From positions 2,604,001 through 2,668,000 of the forward strand of contig CATNEN010000024.1 of assembly GCA_950097015.1 (NCBI GenBank): a stretch of DNA of 64,000 bases. Direction: 5' to 3'. This DNA is from Macrostomum hystrix. Its lineage: Eukaryota; Animalia; Platyhelminthes. Position 1 is the first letter of the stretch. Each line of letters opens with the position of its first letter. The translations under genes were made by a program, and so were the position numbers. Under the pieces are notes generated by a model, which saw only the letters and a program-made list of their open reading frames with translations, did no database searches and was not told the origin of the DNA. This document shows, in pieces, positions 1 through 14,305 of the stretch.

Positions 1-2295
1 GATTAGGAGCTTTAATTATCAATTTTAGTCACTAGCTAGTTCTCAATGGTTGAGGCTGAGCTTAATTCTTGGAAGGGGTACTTCTAATACAAAGTTAAAC
101 TTCAAGGTCACATGTTTAAAATACACTATTTACAAATGCTCATTTTAATTTAGATGCAAGCTGATGAAAACCACATTACACTTTTTTAAATCAAGAATGT
201 GTTATGATTATGGGGAAACTAAAGAATAACAATCTATTTAGCTGCCAGAAATGGTAAAATTTCTAATTTCTTCATTTGTTTTGCATTTTTAGACACCAAA
301 AACACAAAGAAATCAAAGGGGATACGAGGCTGCAATATAGCTAACCTGAGCATCAATTTTTTTTGGCTCCTAGGCTGCAACATGTGTCATCACCCTATAG
401 GAAAAACAATATTTTTGCAGATACATGTCTGCGGCATTCTTGAAAATCCTGGTTGGCGCATGGAGCATAGCATAGCATCCCAATGTAGTTTTGCTATAGG
501 GATGCACAGGAAAAAGCTTTTGTTAGCTTGGTTCTTTCAAGCCAGAATTGGACTGTTTCCAATGCATGTTGATGAACTTTGTCCAAAAATTCTAGGCAGT
601 TGTTGCAACCATATGGGGAATCTGACAGCTTGGGGAACCTTAAAGGGAGATGCTATTTACTGATGTCATGCCATGTCAAGCTAGTGCTCAGTTTTCTGAC
701 TTTAATTCTGCATACAACTATTTTCTAGATGGCTGGATGAACTGCAAATGGGTTGTGCCAACTGTGGAGGTACAACCAGCTTTTGGGTAATTAAGGATGG
801 AGATTACCCTACATTATAGCAACAATTGTAGTGGATACTTAGGCTGCCAAGTGTTGGCTGGCAAGGCATCACCTAATTTCCAATGAATGCATGTGTAGCA
901 ACAAAACTGGCAGATACAGAAATGACAAGAAAAAAATTCAAGGGCTTGCCATAGGCCCATAGGTTGTTCTATAGTTATATAGCCATGATACTACAAAAAG
1001 TGATGATTAAAACTTAACCTTGAAATTTGAAAAAAAATCGAATTTTTTACTGGTAATTACAAAATTGAAATCTAAATTTGGACATTCATTTCCTTACAAG
1101 CCACACAAACAAAACATATTAGCTAGTTGAACCTTAAAATTTGCTAAAGAAATTTTAGATAGGCCTACAATTTTGTTTAAAAGCACAAAAAGCCTTGGTA
1201 TTTTGGTTTTTGGTGTTAAATGGCTGTGCATTTGTCTCTTTTTGTACCCAGTTAAATGATGAAGTAGTAAATCTAGCTAGCCACCCCACCCTTGGGTTCA
1301 GTCATGTGGCAACTGAACAACAACAAACTACTTAGCTGTCTTTGTATTTGCATATTACACTTTTCATTTATTCATATGCTTTGTATTGCAAGACCCTTTA
1401 ATTCTAAAAATAGAAATATTGTTGAAAAAATACTAACAAATTTATTTTATTTAAAATAAAAATTTTAGAGCAGAAATTCATTCTTGTTACACATTTCAAT
1501 TTTATAGGCCTTACCCTAGTTCTTCAAAAGTACACGATAAATAGTTACAAGCACAAGATAAGAATAAAGAAATAAGAAATAAGAACCGAACTTAAGATAT
1601 TTGATTACCTGGATATAAATTGAGATTTGGAATAATCTGGGCTAAATTGCTAATTAGTGGCAGGAAAGGTTGTTTAGAATTAATAGAAAAATAGCCGAAT
1701 ATGAACATCACTGCCAATAATATTAAGAGTTTAGACAGCCTTGCTGTACTTGTACTAGATCAATAGGACTTAATAATAATACTATAATCGCTTTTAACCA
1801 TTTTAACAATTTAGAATGATCCCACCGAGACTTCGGTTCGGGCATGCAGTACTTTGTAGAACATTTTCTTAAATTATTGATTTGTATTTATATCGTTAGA
1901 AAACGATAAGCAGGACTACAAATCAAGCCACTGTAACAATAGTAAAAATTATTACTTTAGTTGAACCATGCAATTGTTTTCTTAGCATTCTTTACTTCCA
2001 AAGCTTTAAGAGAAAATACTTCGTTTTAATACAGTAATTGCTCACGATTCAACTCGTGCAATAAATGTTTATAATCAGTGCACACTACTCGTGTAAAGTA
2101 ATGTACACACCTAATTTATGGTGCAAAAGCCACAATTTTATCTCATTTGCATTCATTTATTTTTCTTATTCTGAAACAGTCGGTATTCACGTCAAAGTTA
2201 CGCAGTACGCAGTGCAACTAGCAGAGTGAAATAATGTACTAAAAAAGCTTTAGTCTGAGCATTGAAAAAATAAATATTGCCAGGAATCAATATAG

Positions 2296-2346
2296 CAAGG
2301 ACCACTGTAGTATAACTATACTGTAGTTATACTACAGTGGTCCTTG
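2296..2346. mobile_element. 51-bp foldback mini-transposon (hAT/P-like) with 8-bp TSD
   Basis: CAAGGACCACTGTAGTATAACTA-tactg-TAGTTATACTACAGTGGTCCTTG is a perfect inverted repeat. It is flanked by identical CAATATAG at 2288-2295 and 2347-2354. CA..TG ends with an 8-bp TSD are typical of hAT and P superfamilies. Confidence 0.7.
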
Positions 2347-3612
2347 CAATATAGCTTTTGGAAATTGCTAAAAAAATCCACAAAGATACTGTAACGTGTT
2401 AAGGTCACTGATTTTGCATGCAAATCGCAAAACTTTCTTTTGTGGTACGATCGCTTTTTACTCTCGTTTCTTATTGTGATGCACACCTACGTTACGTTAC
2501 GTACATTTCTGACAATATTTGCACATTCTGTCCAGATAGGTAGGTAATAAATTACATATTGTAGGCCCCCCTCTGAAAAAGAGGGGCCTATTCAGAAAAG
2601 CCTAGAAAGTCCCAAGCGGATGAGTTCTCTTCCTCGCCCAGTATTAGTAGCAGGGTACCAGAAGTAGGTTAGAAGTATAGGAAGATAATCACCATTTTAA
2701 TTGCGGTGATGCAAGGCAGAAAGTTTTGTGAATTGTTTTACAATTCATGGGCGATGCACCTACTCTAAGTAGGATGGCATGCGCAATAAAGCATGAAATA
2801 CACAACATGAATTGAAGAATTTGTATTTCGGCTAAAAATCTTACAAGCTCTATTAAGCCACAGTTATCTTAGATATATTTTCATCGAATTTAAGGATGAA
2901 CAATTGATCAATGATCACATGCACCTGTCAATACCACACTAGCATAGCATGTTGCACAAAGCATGTTAGACACTGCCTAATCATTGATGCGCTCATTGAA
3001 ACGAAAGACAAACTCTTCCATATCCGGCACATAAGAAAGTGAGCCGGAGTTCCGATTATCCGATGTGAATGATAAGACACAATGATCAGTCCATGCTGTC
3101 ATTAGATGGGCGTAGAATATAGGCCGTGCTCATTATATCTTGAGTTGGAATCAGCTGATCAAGAGAACTGCAAGTAACGCACACACAGGCCCTGCAGATT
3201 CTTGAAAGCTCTCCATGGATGCTTGAATCCGCAGGTCTGATCGCATTGAAATTGGAGCACATATTCCATTACAGAAGTTTTACACTCAAACAGTGTTTAT
3301 TTGGACACAGTATCCTCCTGTGTTATTAGATTGAACTGGTGATAAGTGAAATAATATAAGCATTGAGCACAATTGTAGCCTTAATTATTAGCTTAAATAT
3401 TTAGCAAGGTCAGTGGACCGAGTTGGTTCTATGTCGGTGATAAGCAAGCTTTACCGGATTATTTAAACAGTGCCTTAATTGGCTAAGTAAGTTTGTTATA
3501 ACGTTTTGAAAACTGCATTTAAAATTGTGTGTTTAAAATGTTTTTTTATCAATCAAACATGGCTTAACTTTGCAAAAACTTTATTTGGTCAACTATTGTT
3601 TAGTGTTAGACG

Positions 3613-6600
3613 ACAGCTCCTACCTGTTAGACACATTCTACCTGTTAAACAGCTCCTGCCTGTTAGACACATCTTACCTGTGAAACAGCTCCTGCCTGTT
3701 AGACACATCTTACCTGTGAAACAGCTCCTGCATGTTAGACACATCTTACCTGTTAAACAGCTCCTGCCTGTTGGACACATCTTACCTGTTAAACAGCTCC
3801 TGCCTGTTAGACACATCTTACCTGTGAAACAGCTCCTACCTGTTAGACACATGCTACCTGTTAAACAGCTCCTGCCTGTTAGACACATGCTACCTGTTAA
3901 ACAGCTCCTGCCTGTTAGACACATCTTACCTGTGAAACAGCTCCTGCCTGTTAGACACATCTTACCTGTGAAACAGCTCCTGCATGTTAGACACATCTTA
4001 CCTGTTAAACAGCTCCTGCATGTTAGACACATCTTACCTGTTAAACAGCTCCTGCCTGTTAGACACATCTTACCTGTTAAACAGCTCCTGCCTGTTAGAC
4101 ACATCTTACCTGTTAAACAGCTCCTGCATGTTAGACACATCTTACCTGTTAAACAGCTCCTGCCTGTTAGACACATCTTACCTGTGAAACAGCTCCTGCC
4201 TGTTAGACACATCTTACCTGTGAAACAGCTCCTGCATGTTAGACACATCTTACCTGTTAAACAGCTCCTGCATGTTAGACACATCTTACCTGTTAAACAG
4301 CTCCTGCCTGTTGGACACATCTTACCTGTTAAACAGCTCCTGCCTGTTAGACACATCTTACCTGTGAAACAGCTCCTGCATGTTAGACACATCTTACCTG
4401 TTAAACAGCTCCTGCCTGTTAGACACATCTTACCTGTTAAACAGCTCCTGCCTGTTAGACACATCTTACCTGTGAAACAGCTCCTGCATGTTAGACACAT
4501 CTTACCTGTTAAACAGCTCCTACCTGTTAGACACATCTTACCTGTTAAACAGCTCCTGCCTGTTAGACACATCTTACCTGTTAAACAGCTCCTGCCTGTT
4601 AGACACATCTTACCTGTTAAACAGCTCCTGCCTGTTGGACACATCTTACCTGTTAAACAGCTCCTGCCTGTTGGACACATCTTACCTGTTAAACAGCTCC
4701 TACCTGTTAGACACATTTTACCTGTTAAACAGCTCCTGCCTGTTAGACACATCTTACCTGTTAAACAGCTCCTGCATGTTAGACACATCTTACCTGTTAA
4801 ACAGCTCCTACCTGTTAGACACATCTTACCTGTTAAACAGCTCCTGCCTGTTAGACACATCTTACCTGTTAAACAGCTCCTGCCTGTTAGACACATCTTA
4901 CCTGTTAAACAGCTCCTGCCTGTTGGACACATCTTACCTGTTAAACAGCTCCTGCCTGTTGGACACATCTTACCTGTTAAACAGCTCTTGCATGTTAGAC
5001 ACATCTTACCTGTTAAACAGCTCCTGCCTGTTAGACATATCTGACCTGTGAAACAGCTCCTGCATGTTAGACACATCTTACCTGTTAAACAGCTCCTGCC
5101 TGTTAGACACATCTTACCTGTTAAACAGCTCCTGCCTGTTAGACACATCTTACCTGTTAAACAGCTCCTGCCTGTTAGACACATCTTACCTGTTAAACAG
5201 CTCCTGCCTGTTAGACACATCTTACCTGTTAAACAGCTCCTACCTGTTAGACACATCTTACCTGTTAAACAGCTCCTGCCTGTTAGACACATCTTACCTG
5301 TTAAACATCTCCTACCTGTTAGACACATCTTACCTGTGAAACAGCTCCTGCATGTTAGACACATCTTACCTGTTAAACAGCTCCTGCCTGTTAGACACAT
5401 CTTACCTGTTAAACAGCTCCTACCTGTTAGACACATCTTACCTGTTAAACAGCTCCTACCTGTTGGACACATCTTACCTGTTAAACAGCTCCTACCTGTT
5501 AGACACATCTTACCTGTGAAACAGCTCCTGCCTGTTAGACACATCTTACCTGTTAAACAGCTCCTACCTGTTGGACACATCTTACCTGTTAAACAGCTCC
5601 TACCTGTTAGACACATTTTACCTGTTAAACAGCTCCTACCTGTTAGACACATTTTACCTGTGAAACAGCTCCTGCATGTTAGACACATCTTACCTGTGAA
5701 ACAGCTCCTGCATGTTAGACACATCTTACCTGTTAAACAGCTCCTGCATGTTAGACACATCTTACCTGTTAAACAGCTCCTGCATGTTAGACACATTTTA
5801 CCTGTTAAACAGCTCCTGCATGTTAGACACATCTTACCTGTGAAACAGCTCCTGCCTGTTAGACACATCTTACCTGTTAAACAGCTCCTGCCTGTTAGAC
5901 ACATCTTACCTGTGAAACAGCTCCTGCATGTTAGACACATCTTACCTGTTAAACAGCTCCTGCATGTTAGACACATCTTACCTGTTAAACAGCTCCTGCC
6001 TGTTAGACACATCTTACCTGTGAAACAGCTCCTGCATGTTAGACACATCTTACCTGTTAAACAGCTCCTGCATGTTAGACACATCTTACCTGTTAAACAG
6101 CTCCTGCCTGTTAGACACATCTTACCTGTTAAACTGCTCCTGCCTGTTAGACACATCTTACCTGTGAAACAGCTCCTGCATGTTAGACACATCTTACCTG
6201 TTAAGCAGCTCCTACCTGTTAGACACATTTTACCTGTTAAACAGCTCCTGCCTGTTAGACACATCTTACCTGTTAAACAGCTCCTGCCTGTTAGACACAT
6301 CTTACCTGTTAAACAGCTCCTGCCTGTTAGACACATCTTACCTGTTAAACAGCTCCTGCCTGCTAGACACATCTTACCTGTTAAACAGCTCCTACCTGTT
6401 AGATACATTTTACCTGTTAAACAGCTCCTGCCTGCTAGACACATCTTACCTGTTAAACAGCTCCTACCTGTTAGACACATTTTACCTGTTAAACAGCTCC
6501 TACCTGTTAGACACATCTTACCTGTTAAACAGCTCCTGCCTGTTGGACACATCTTACCTGTGAAACAGCTCCTGCCTGTTAGACACATCTTACCTGTGAA

Positions 6601-9600
6601 ACAGCTCCTGCCTGTTAGACACATCTTACCTGTTAAACAGCTCCTGCCTGTTAGACACATCTTACCTGTTAAACAGCTCCTGCCTGTTAGACACATCTTA
6701 CCTGTTAAACAGCTCCTGCCTGCTAGACACATCTTACCTGTTAAACAGCTCCTACCTGTTAGACACATTTTACCTGTTAAACAGCTCCTGCCTGTTAGAC
6801 ACATCTTACCTGTTAAACAGCTCCTGCCTGTTAGACACATCTTACCTGTGAAACAGCTCCTGCATGTTAGACACATCTTACCTGTTAAACAGCTCCTGCC
6901 TGTTAGACACATCTTACCTGTTAAACAGCTCCTGCCTGTTAGACACATCTTACCTGTGAAACAGCTCCTGCATGTTAGACACATCTTACCTGTTAAACAG
7001 CTCCTACCTGTTAGACACATCTTACCTGTTAAACAGCTCCTGCCTGTTAGACACATCTTACCTGTGAAACAGCTCCTGCATGTTAGACACATCTTACCTG
7101 TTAAACAGCTCCTACCTGTTAGACACATCTTACCTGTTAAACAGCTCCTGCCTGTTAGACACATCTTACCTGTTAAACAGCTCCTGCCTGTTGGACACAT
7201 CTTACCTGTTAAACAGCTCTTGCATGTTAGACACATCTTACCTGTTAAACAGCTCCTGCCTGTTAGACATATCTGACCTGTGAAACAGCTCCTGCATGTT
7301 AGACACATCTTACCTGTTAAACAGCTCCTGCCTGTTAGACACATCTTACCTGTTAAACAGCTCCTGCCTGTTAGACACATCTTACCTGTTAAACAGCTCC
7401 TGCCTGTTAGACACATCTTACCTGTTAAACAGCTCCTGCCTGTTAGACACATCTTACCTGTTAAACAGCTCCTACCTGTTAGACACATCTTACCTGTTAA
7501 ACAGCTCCTGCCTGTTAGACACATCTTACCTGTTAAACATCTCCTACCTGTTAGACACATCTTACCTGTGAAACAGCTCCTGCATGTTAGACACATCTTA
7601 CCTGTTAAACAGCTCCTGCCTGTTAGACACATCTTACCTGTTAAACAGCTCCTACCTGTTAGACACATCTTACCTGTTAAACAGCTCCTACCTGTTGGAC
7701 ACATCTTACCTGTTAAACAGCTCCTACCTGTTAGACACATCTTACCTGTGAAACAGCTCCTGCCTGTTAGACACATCTTACCTGTTAAACAGCTCCTACC
7801 TGTTGGACACATCTTACCTGTTAAACAGCTCCTACCTGTTAGACACATTTTACCTGTTAAACAGCTCCTACCTGTTAGACACATTTTACCTGTGAAACAG
7901 CTCCTGCATGTTAGACACATCTTACCTGTGAAACAGCTCCTGCATGTTAGACACATCTTACCTGTTAAACAGCTCCTGCATGTTAGACACATCTTACCTG
8001 TTAAACAGCTCCTGCATGTTAGACACATTTTACCTGTTAAACAGCTCCTGCATGTTAGACACATCTTACCTGTGAAACAGCTCCTGCCTGTTAGACACAT
8101 CTTACCTGTTAAACAGCTCCTGCCTGTTAGACACATCTTACCTGTGAAACAGCTCCTGCATGTTAGACACATCTTACCTGTTAAACAGCTCCTGCATGTT
8201 AGACACATCTTACCTGTTAAACAGCTCCTGCCTGTTAGACACATCTTACCTGTGAAACAGCTCCTGCATGTTAGACACATCTTACCTGTTAAACAGCTCC
8301 TGCATGTTAGACACATCTTACCTGTTAAACAGCTCCTGCCTGTTAGACACATCTTACCTGTTAAACAGCTCCTACCTGTTAGACACATCTTACCTGTTAA
8401 ACAGCTCCTACCTGTTGGACACATCTTACCTGTTAAACAGCTCCTACCTGTTAGACACATCTTACCTGTGAAACAGCTCCTGCCTGTTAGACACATCTTA
8501 CCTGTTAAACAGCTCCTACCTGTTGGACACATCTTACCTGTTAAACAGCTCCTACCTGTTAGACACATTTTACCTGTTAAACAGCTCCTACCTGTTAGAC
8601 ACATTTTACCTGTGAAACAGCTCCTGCATGTTAGACACATCTTACCTGTGAAACAGCTCCTGCATGTTAGACACATCTTACCTGTTAAACAGCTCCTGCA
8701 TGTTAGACACATCTTACCTGTTAAACAGCTCCTGCATGTTAGACACATTTTACCTGTTAAACAGCTCCTGCATGTTAGACACATCTTACCTGTGAAACAG
8801 CTCCTGCCTGTTAGACACATCTTACCTGTTAAACAGCTCCTGCCTGTTAGACACATCTTACCTGTGAAACAGCTCCTGCATGTTAGACACATCTTACCTG
8901 TTAAACAGCTCCTGCATGTTAGACACATCTTACCTGTTAAACAGCTCCTGCCTGTTAGACACATCTTACCTGTGAAACAGCTCCTGCATGTTAGACACAT
9001 CTTACCTGTTAAACAGCTCCTGCATGTTAGACACATCTTACCTGTTAAACAGCTCCTGCCTGTTAGACACATCTTACCTGTTAAACTGCTCCTGCCTGTT
9101 AGACACATCTTACCTGTGAAACAGCTCCTGCATGTTAGACACATCTTACCTGTTAAGCAGCTCCTACCTGTTAGACACATTTTACCTGTTAAACAGCTCC
9201 TGCCTGTTAGACACATCTTACCTGTTAAACAGCTCCTGCCTGTTAGACACATCTTACCTGTTAAACAGCTCCTGCCTGTTAGACACATCTTACCTGTTAA
9301 ACAGCTCCTGCCTGCTAGACACATCTTACCTGTTAAACAGCTCCTACCTGTTAGATACATTTTACCTGTTAAACAGCTCCTGCCTGCTAGACACATCTTA
9401 CCTGTTAAACAGCTCCTACCTGTTAGACACATTTTACCTGTTAAACAGCTCCTACCTGTTAGACACATCTTACCTGTTAAACAGCTCCTGCCTGTTGGAC
9501 ACATCTTACCTGTGAAACAGCTCCTGCCTGTTAGACACATCTTACCTGTGAAACAGCTCCTGCCTGTTAGACACATCTTACCTGTTAAACAGCTCCTGCC

Positions 9601-12600
9601 TGTTAGACACATCTTACCTGTTAAACAGCTCCTGCCTGTTAGACACATCTTACCTGTTAAACAGCTCCTGCCTGCTAGACACATCTTACCTGTTAAACAG
9701 CTCCTACCTGTTAGACACATTTTACCTGTTAAACAGCTCCTGCCTGTTAGACACATCTTACCTGTTAAACAGCTCCTGCCTGTTAGACACATCTTACCTG
9801 TGAAACAGCTCCTGCATGTTAGACACATCTTACCTGTTAAACAGCTCCTGCCTGTTAGACACATCTTACCTGTTAAACAGCTCCTGCCTGTTAGACACAT
9901 CTTACCTGTGAAACAGCTCCTGCATGTTAGACACATCTTACCTGTTAAACAGCTCCTACCTGTTAGACACATCTTACCTGTTAAACAGCTCCTGCCTGTT
10001 AGACACATCTTACCTGTGAAACAGCTCCTGCATGTTAGACACATCTTACCTGTTAAACAGCTCCTACCTGTTAGACACATCTTACCTGTTAAACAGCTCC
10101 TGCCTGTTAGACACATCTTACCTGTTAAACAGCTCCTGCCTGTTAGACACATCTTACCTGTTAAACAGCTCCTGCCTGTTGGACACATCTTACCTGTTAA
10201 ACAGCTCCTGCCTGTTGGACACATCTTACCTGTTAAACAGCTCCTACCTGTTAGACACATTTTACCTGTTAAACAGCTCCTGCCTGTTAGACACATCTTA
10301 CCTGTTAAACAGCTCCTGCATGTTAGACACATCTTACCTGTTAAACAGCTCCTACCTGTTAGACACATCTTACCTGTTAAACAGCTCCTGCCTGTTAGAC
10401 ACATCTTACCTGTTAAACAGCTCCTGCCTGTTAGACACATCTTACCTGTTAAACAGCTCCTGCCTGTTGGACACATCTTACCTGTTAAACAGCTCCTGCC
10501 TGTTGGACACATCTTACCTGTTAAACAGCTCTTGCATGTTAGACACATCTTACCTGTTAAACAGCTCCTGCCTGTTAGACATATCTGACCTGTGAAACAG
10601 CTCCTGCATGTTAGACACATCTTACCTGTTAAACAGCTCCTGCCTGTTAGACACATCTTACCTGTTAAACAGCTCCTGCCTGTTAGACACATCTTACCTG
10701 TTAAACAGCTCCTGCCTGTTAGACACATCTTACCTGTTAAACAGCTCCTGCCTGTTAGACACATCTTACCTGTTAAACAGCTCCTACCTGTTAGACACAT
10801 CTTACCTGTTAAACAGCTCCTGCCTGTTAGACACATCTTACCTGTTAAACATCTCCTACCTGTTAGACACATCTTACCTGTGAAACAGCTCCTGCATGTT
10901 AGACACATCTTACCTGTTAAACAGCTCCTGCCTGTTAGACACATCTTACCTGTTAAACAGCTCCTACCTGTTAGACACATCTTACCTGTTAAACAGCTCC
11001 TACCTGTTGGACACATCTTACCTGTTAAACAGCTCCTACCTGTTAGACACATCTTACCTGTGAAACAGCTCCTGCCTGTTAGACACATCTTACCTGTTAA
11101 ACAGCTCCTACCTGTTGGACACATCTTACCTGTTAAACAGCTCCTACCTGTTAGACACATTTTACCTGTTAAACAGCTCCTACCTGTTAGACACATTTTA
11201 CCTGTGAAACAGCTCCTGCATGTTAGACACATCTTACCTGTGAAACAGCTCCTGCATGTTAGACACATCTTACCTGTTAAACAGCTCCTGCATGTTAGAC
11301 ACATCTTACCTGTTAAACAGCTCCTGCATGTTAGACACATTTTACCTGTTAAACAGCTCCTGCATGTTAGACACATCTTACCTGTGAAACAGCTCCTGCC
11401 TGTTAGACACATCTTACCTGTTAAACAGCTCCTGCCTGTTAGACACATCTTACCTGTGAAACAGCTCCTGCATGTTAGACACATCTTACCTGTTAAACAG
11501 CTCCTGCATGTTAGACACATCTTACCTGTTAAACAGCTCCTGCCTGTTAGACACATCTTACCTGTGAAACAGCTCCTGCATGTTAGACACATCTTACCTG
11601 TTAAACAGCTCCTGCATGTTAGACACATCTTACCTGTTAAACAGCTCCTGCCTGTTAGACACATCTTACCTGTTAAACTGCTCCTGCCTGTTAGACACAT
11701 CTTACCTGTGAAACAGCTCCTGCATGTTAGACACATCTTACCTGTTAAGCAGCTCCTACCTGTTAGACACATTTTACCTGTTAAACAGCTCCTGCCTGTT
11801 AGACACATCTTACCTGTTAAACAGCTCCTGCCTGTTAGACACATCTTACCTGTTAAACAGCTCCTGCCTGTTAGACACATCTTACCTGTTAAACAGCTCC
11901 TGCCTGCTAGACACATCTTACCTGTTAAACAGCTCCTACCTGTTAGACACATTTTACCTGTTAAACAGCTCCTGCCTGCTAGACACATCTTACCTGTTAA
12001 ACAGCTCCTACCTGTTAGACACATTTTACCTGTTAAACAGCTCCTACCTGTTAGACACATCTTACCTGTTAAACAGCTCCTGCCTGTTGGACACATCTTA
12101 CCTGTGAAACAGCTCCTGCCTGTTAGACACATCTTACCTGTGAAACAGCTCCTGCCTGTTAGACACATCTTACCTGTTAAACAGCTCCTGCCTGTTAGAC
12201 ACATCTTACCTGTTAAACAGCTCCTGCCTGTTAGACACATCTTACCTGTTAAACAGCTCCTGCCTGCTAGACACATCTTACCTGTTAAACAGCTCCTACC
12301 TGTTAGACACATTTTACCTGTTAAACAGCTCCTGCCTGTTAGACACATCTTACCTGTTAAACAGCTCCTGCCTGTTAGACACATCTTACCTGTGAAACAG
12401 CTCCTGCATGTTAGACACATCTTACCTGTTAAACAGCTCCTGCATGTTAGACACATCTTACCTGTTAAACAGCTCCTGCCTGTTGGACACATCTTACCTG
12501 TTAAACAGCTCCTGCCTGTTAGACACATCTTACCTGTTAAACAGCTCCTGCCTGTTAGACACATCTTACCTGTTAAACAGCTCCTGCCTGTTAGACACAT

Positions 12601-12630
12601 CTTACCTGTTAAACAGCTCCTGCCTCTTAG
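3613..12630. repeat. 36-bp tandem array, about 250 units, with higher-order repeats
   Basis: Unit GTTAGACACATCTTACCTGTTAAACAGCTCCTGCCT, made of two related 18-bp halves. Rare variants recur at fixed offsets (TGA variant at about 5044, 7276, 10588). Confidence 0.98.
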
Positions 12631-13519
12631 ATAGCTACTTCTAGTTTGATAGTTCTTACCTGTTGAATCGACTCTATGGCCAAACTCTACCTGTTGTACA
12701 GGTAGCAGTGTATAACACAGGTGTTAACCGTTAAAACAGTTAGAAAGCTAGACTAGACCCAAAGTTACAATATAAAAAAAAAATTTGCGGAGCTTTTTAA
12801 ATATACAAAAACGGCTGCTAACCATTTTACAGCCAAGCTTTGGACAAAAGTTAATTATGGGCTTTGAAATCACACTGCATATAGGTTAATTATTGGTTTA
12901 ATAAAAAATGTGAACTCAAACGAAAGAGAAATTTTCGGATTAACATGCGGCAGAGGAGCGAAAAAAGCACATTCTCGGAGGATAAGTTTTAGGGTGAAGT
13001 GGGAAGTCGTACAGAAATTGATCCCACGAGTCTGTGGGGAAGTGTTGTGCAATCCCTGCAGTATAATCGATAAACTAATTAGATAATTGGCATATAGAGA
13101 ATCTATCTATAGTAGACTTAGTAATGGGATACTTTCGTAATCCCGATGTGCCAGCCCCTGCGTCAGAAGCAAATCATTTTTTCGACAGCTGAGAAAGAAA
13201 AGAGCAGTTCTTAAATTCAGCTTTAGCGATCAGCATAAAAGCTTCAGGTTTGAAATTGAAGGCCGGGATAGCTGAGGCGATGGACCGTGAGCAAACTGAA
13301 CATTTCTCACTTTCGATTCTTTGACTTGAACTTGTCTATCAATGTTCACGGCTGTTTTAGTTTTAATCATAAGTATTTTAATTATAAGCTTGCAATCACG
13401 AGTATTATGCAGTGTCAGCATACTATGGTCTGGCTACCTGCCCCAAGGGCCTAAAACACTGAACTACCGAATCCTATGCCTTCTGGTCGAAAACCCCTAA
13501 CTCCTATCTCCTCCGCGCC

Positions 13520-14305
13520 TCATCTCTCATGCGTCTCATCTCTACTGTGTCTCATCACTCCCGTGTCTCATCTCTCCTGCATGTGTCTTATCCCTCCCGT
13601 GTCTCATCTCTTCTGTGTCTCATCTCTCCCGTGTCTCATCTCTCCCGTGTCTCATCTCTCCCGCGTCTCATCTCTCTCGTGTCTCATCTCTCCCGTGTCT
13701 CATCTCTCCCGTGTCTCATCTCTCCCGTGTCTCATCTCTCCCGTGTCTCATCTCACTCGCGTCTCATCTCTTCCGTGTCTCATCTCTCCCGCGTCTCATC
13801 TCTCTCGTGTCTCATCTCTCCCGTGTCTCATCTCTCCTGCATGTCTCTTATCTCTCCCGCGTCTCATCTCTCCCGTGTCTCATCTCTCCCGTGTCTCATC
13901 TCTCTCGTGTCTCATCTCTCTCGTGTCTCATCTCTTCCGTGTCTCATCTCTTCCGTGTCTCATCTCTCTCGCGCGTGCATCATCTACGGTGTCTCATCTC
14001 TCCTATGTCTCATCTCTCCCGTGTCTCATCTCTCTCGTGTCTCATATCTTCCGTGTCTCATCTCTTCCGTGTCTCATCTCACTCGCGTCTCATCTCTTCC
14101 GTGTCTCATCTCTTCCATGTCTCATCTCACTCGCGTCTCATCTCTTCCGTGTCTCATCTCTTCCGTGTCTCATCTCACTCGCGTCTCATCTCTTCCGTGT
14201 CTCATCTCTTCCGTGTCTCATCTCACTCGCGTCTCATCTCTCCCGTGTCTCATCTCTCCCGTGTCTCATCTCTCCCGTGTCTCATCTCTCCCGTGTCTCA
14301 TCTGT
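13520..14305 (+). repeat. 16-bp tandem array (GTGTCTCATCTCTCCC family)
   Basis: Unit read directly. The same family occurs at 21632-22760 (inverted) and 54345-55190. Confidence 0.95.

Noticed and set aside
2562-2605. GC-rich hairpin followed 11 nt later by CTAG, like a Helitron 3' end
   Set aside because: The stem is imperfect, the base after CTAG is A rather than the expected T, and no 5' TC end or second copy was found.
2977-3129. Minus-strand peptide ending MEEFVFRFNER, reminiscent of the ISXO2/Merlin transposase C-terminal motif
   Set aside because: Only about 50 codons, bounded by stops, and the upstream DDE motifs are not recognisable. A TBLASTN/HMM search would be needed.
3589-12600. 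3003-aa Cys-rich ORF (MCLTGRSCLTGK)n on the minus strand, and the + strand VRHILPVKQLLP ORFs
   Set aside because: The 36-bp unit is a multiple of 3 and stop-free in these frames, and only about 15 distinct variants exist, so a long open frame is unsurprising. The ATG is part of the repeat, there is no unique N- or C-terminal domain, and an in-frame stop lies at 12724-12726 with no upstream ATG. Only transcript or peptide evidence would revive it.
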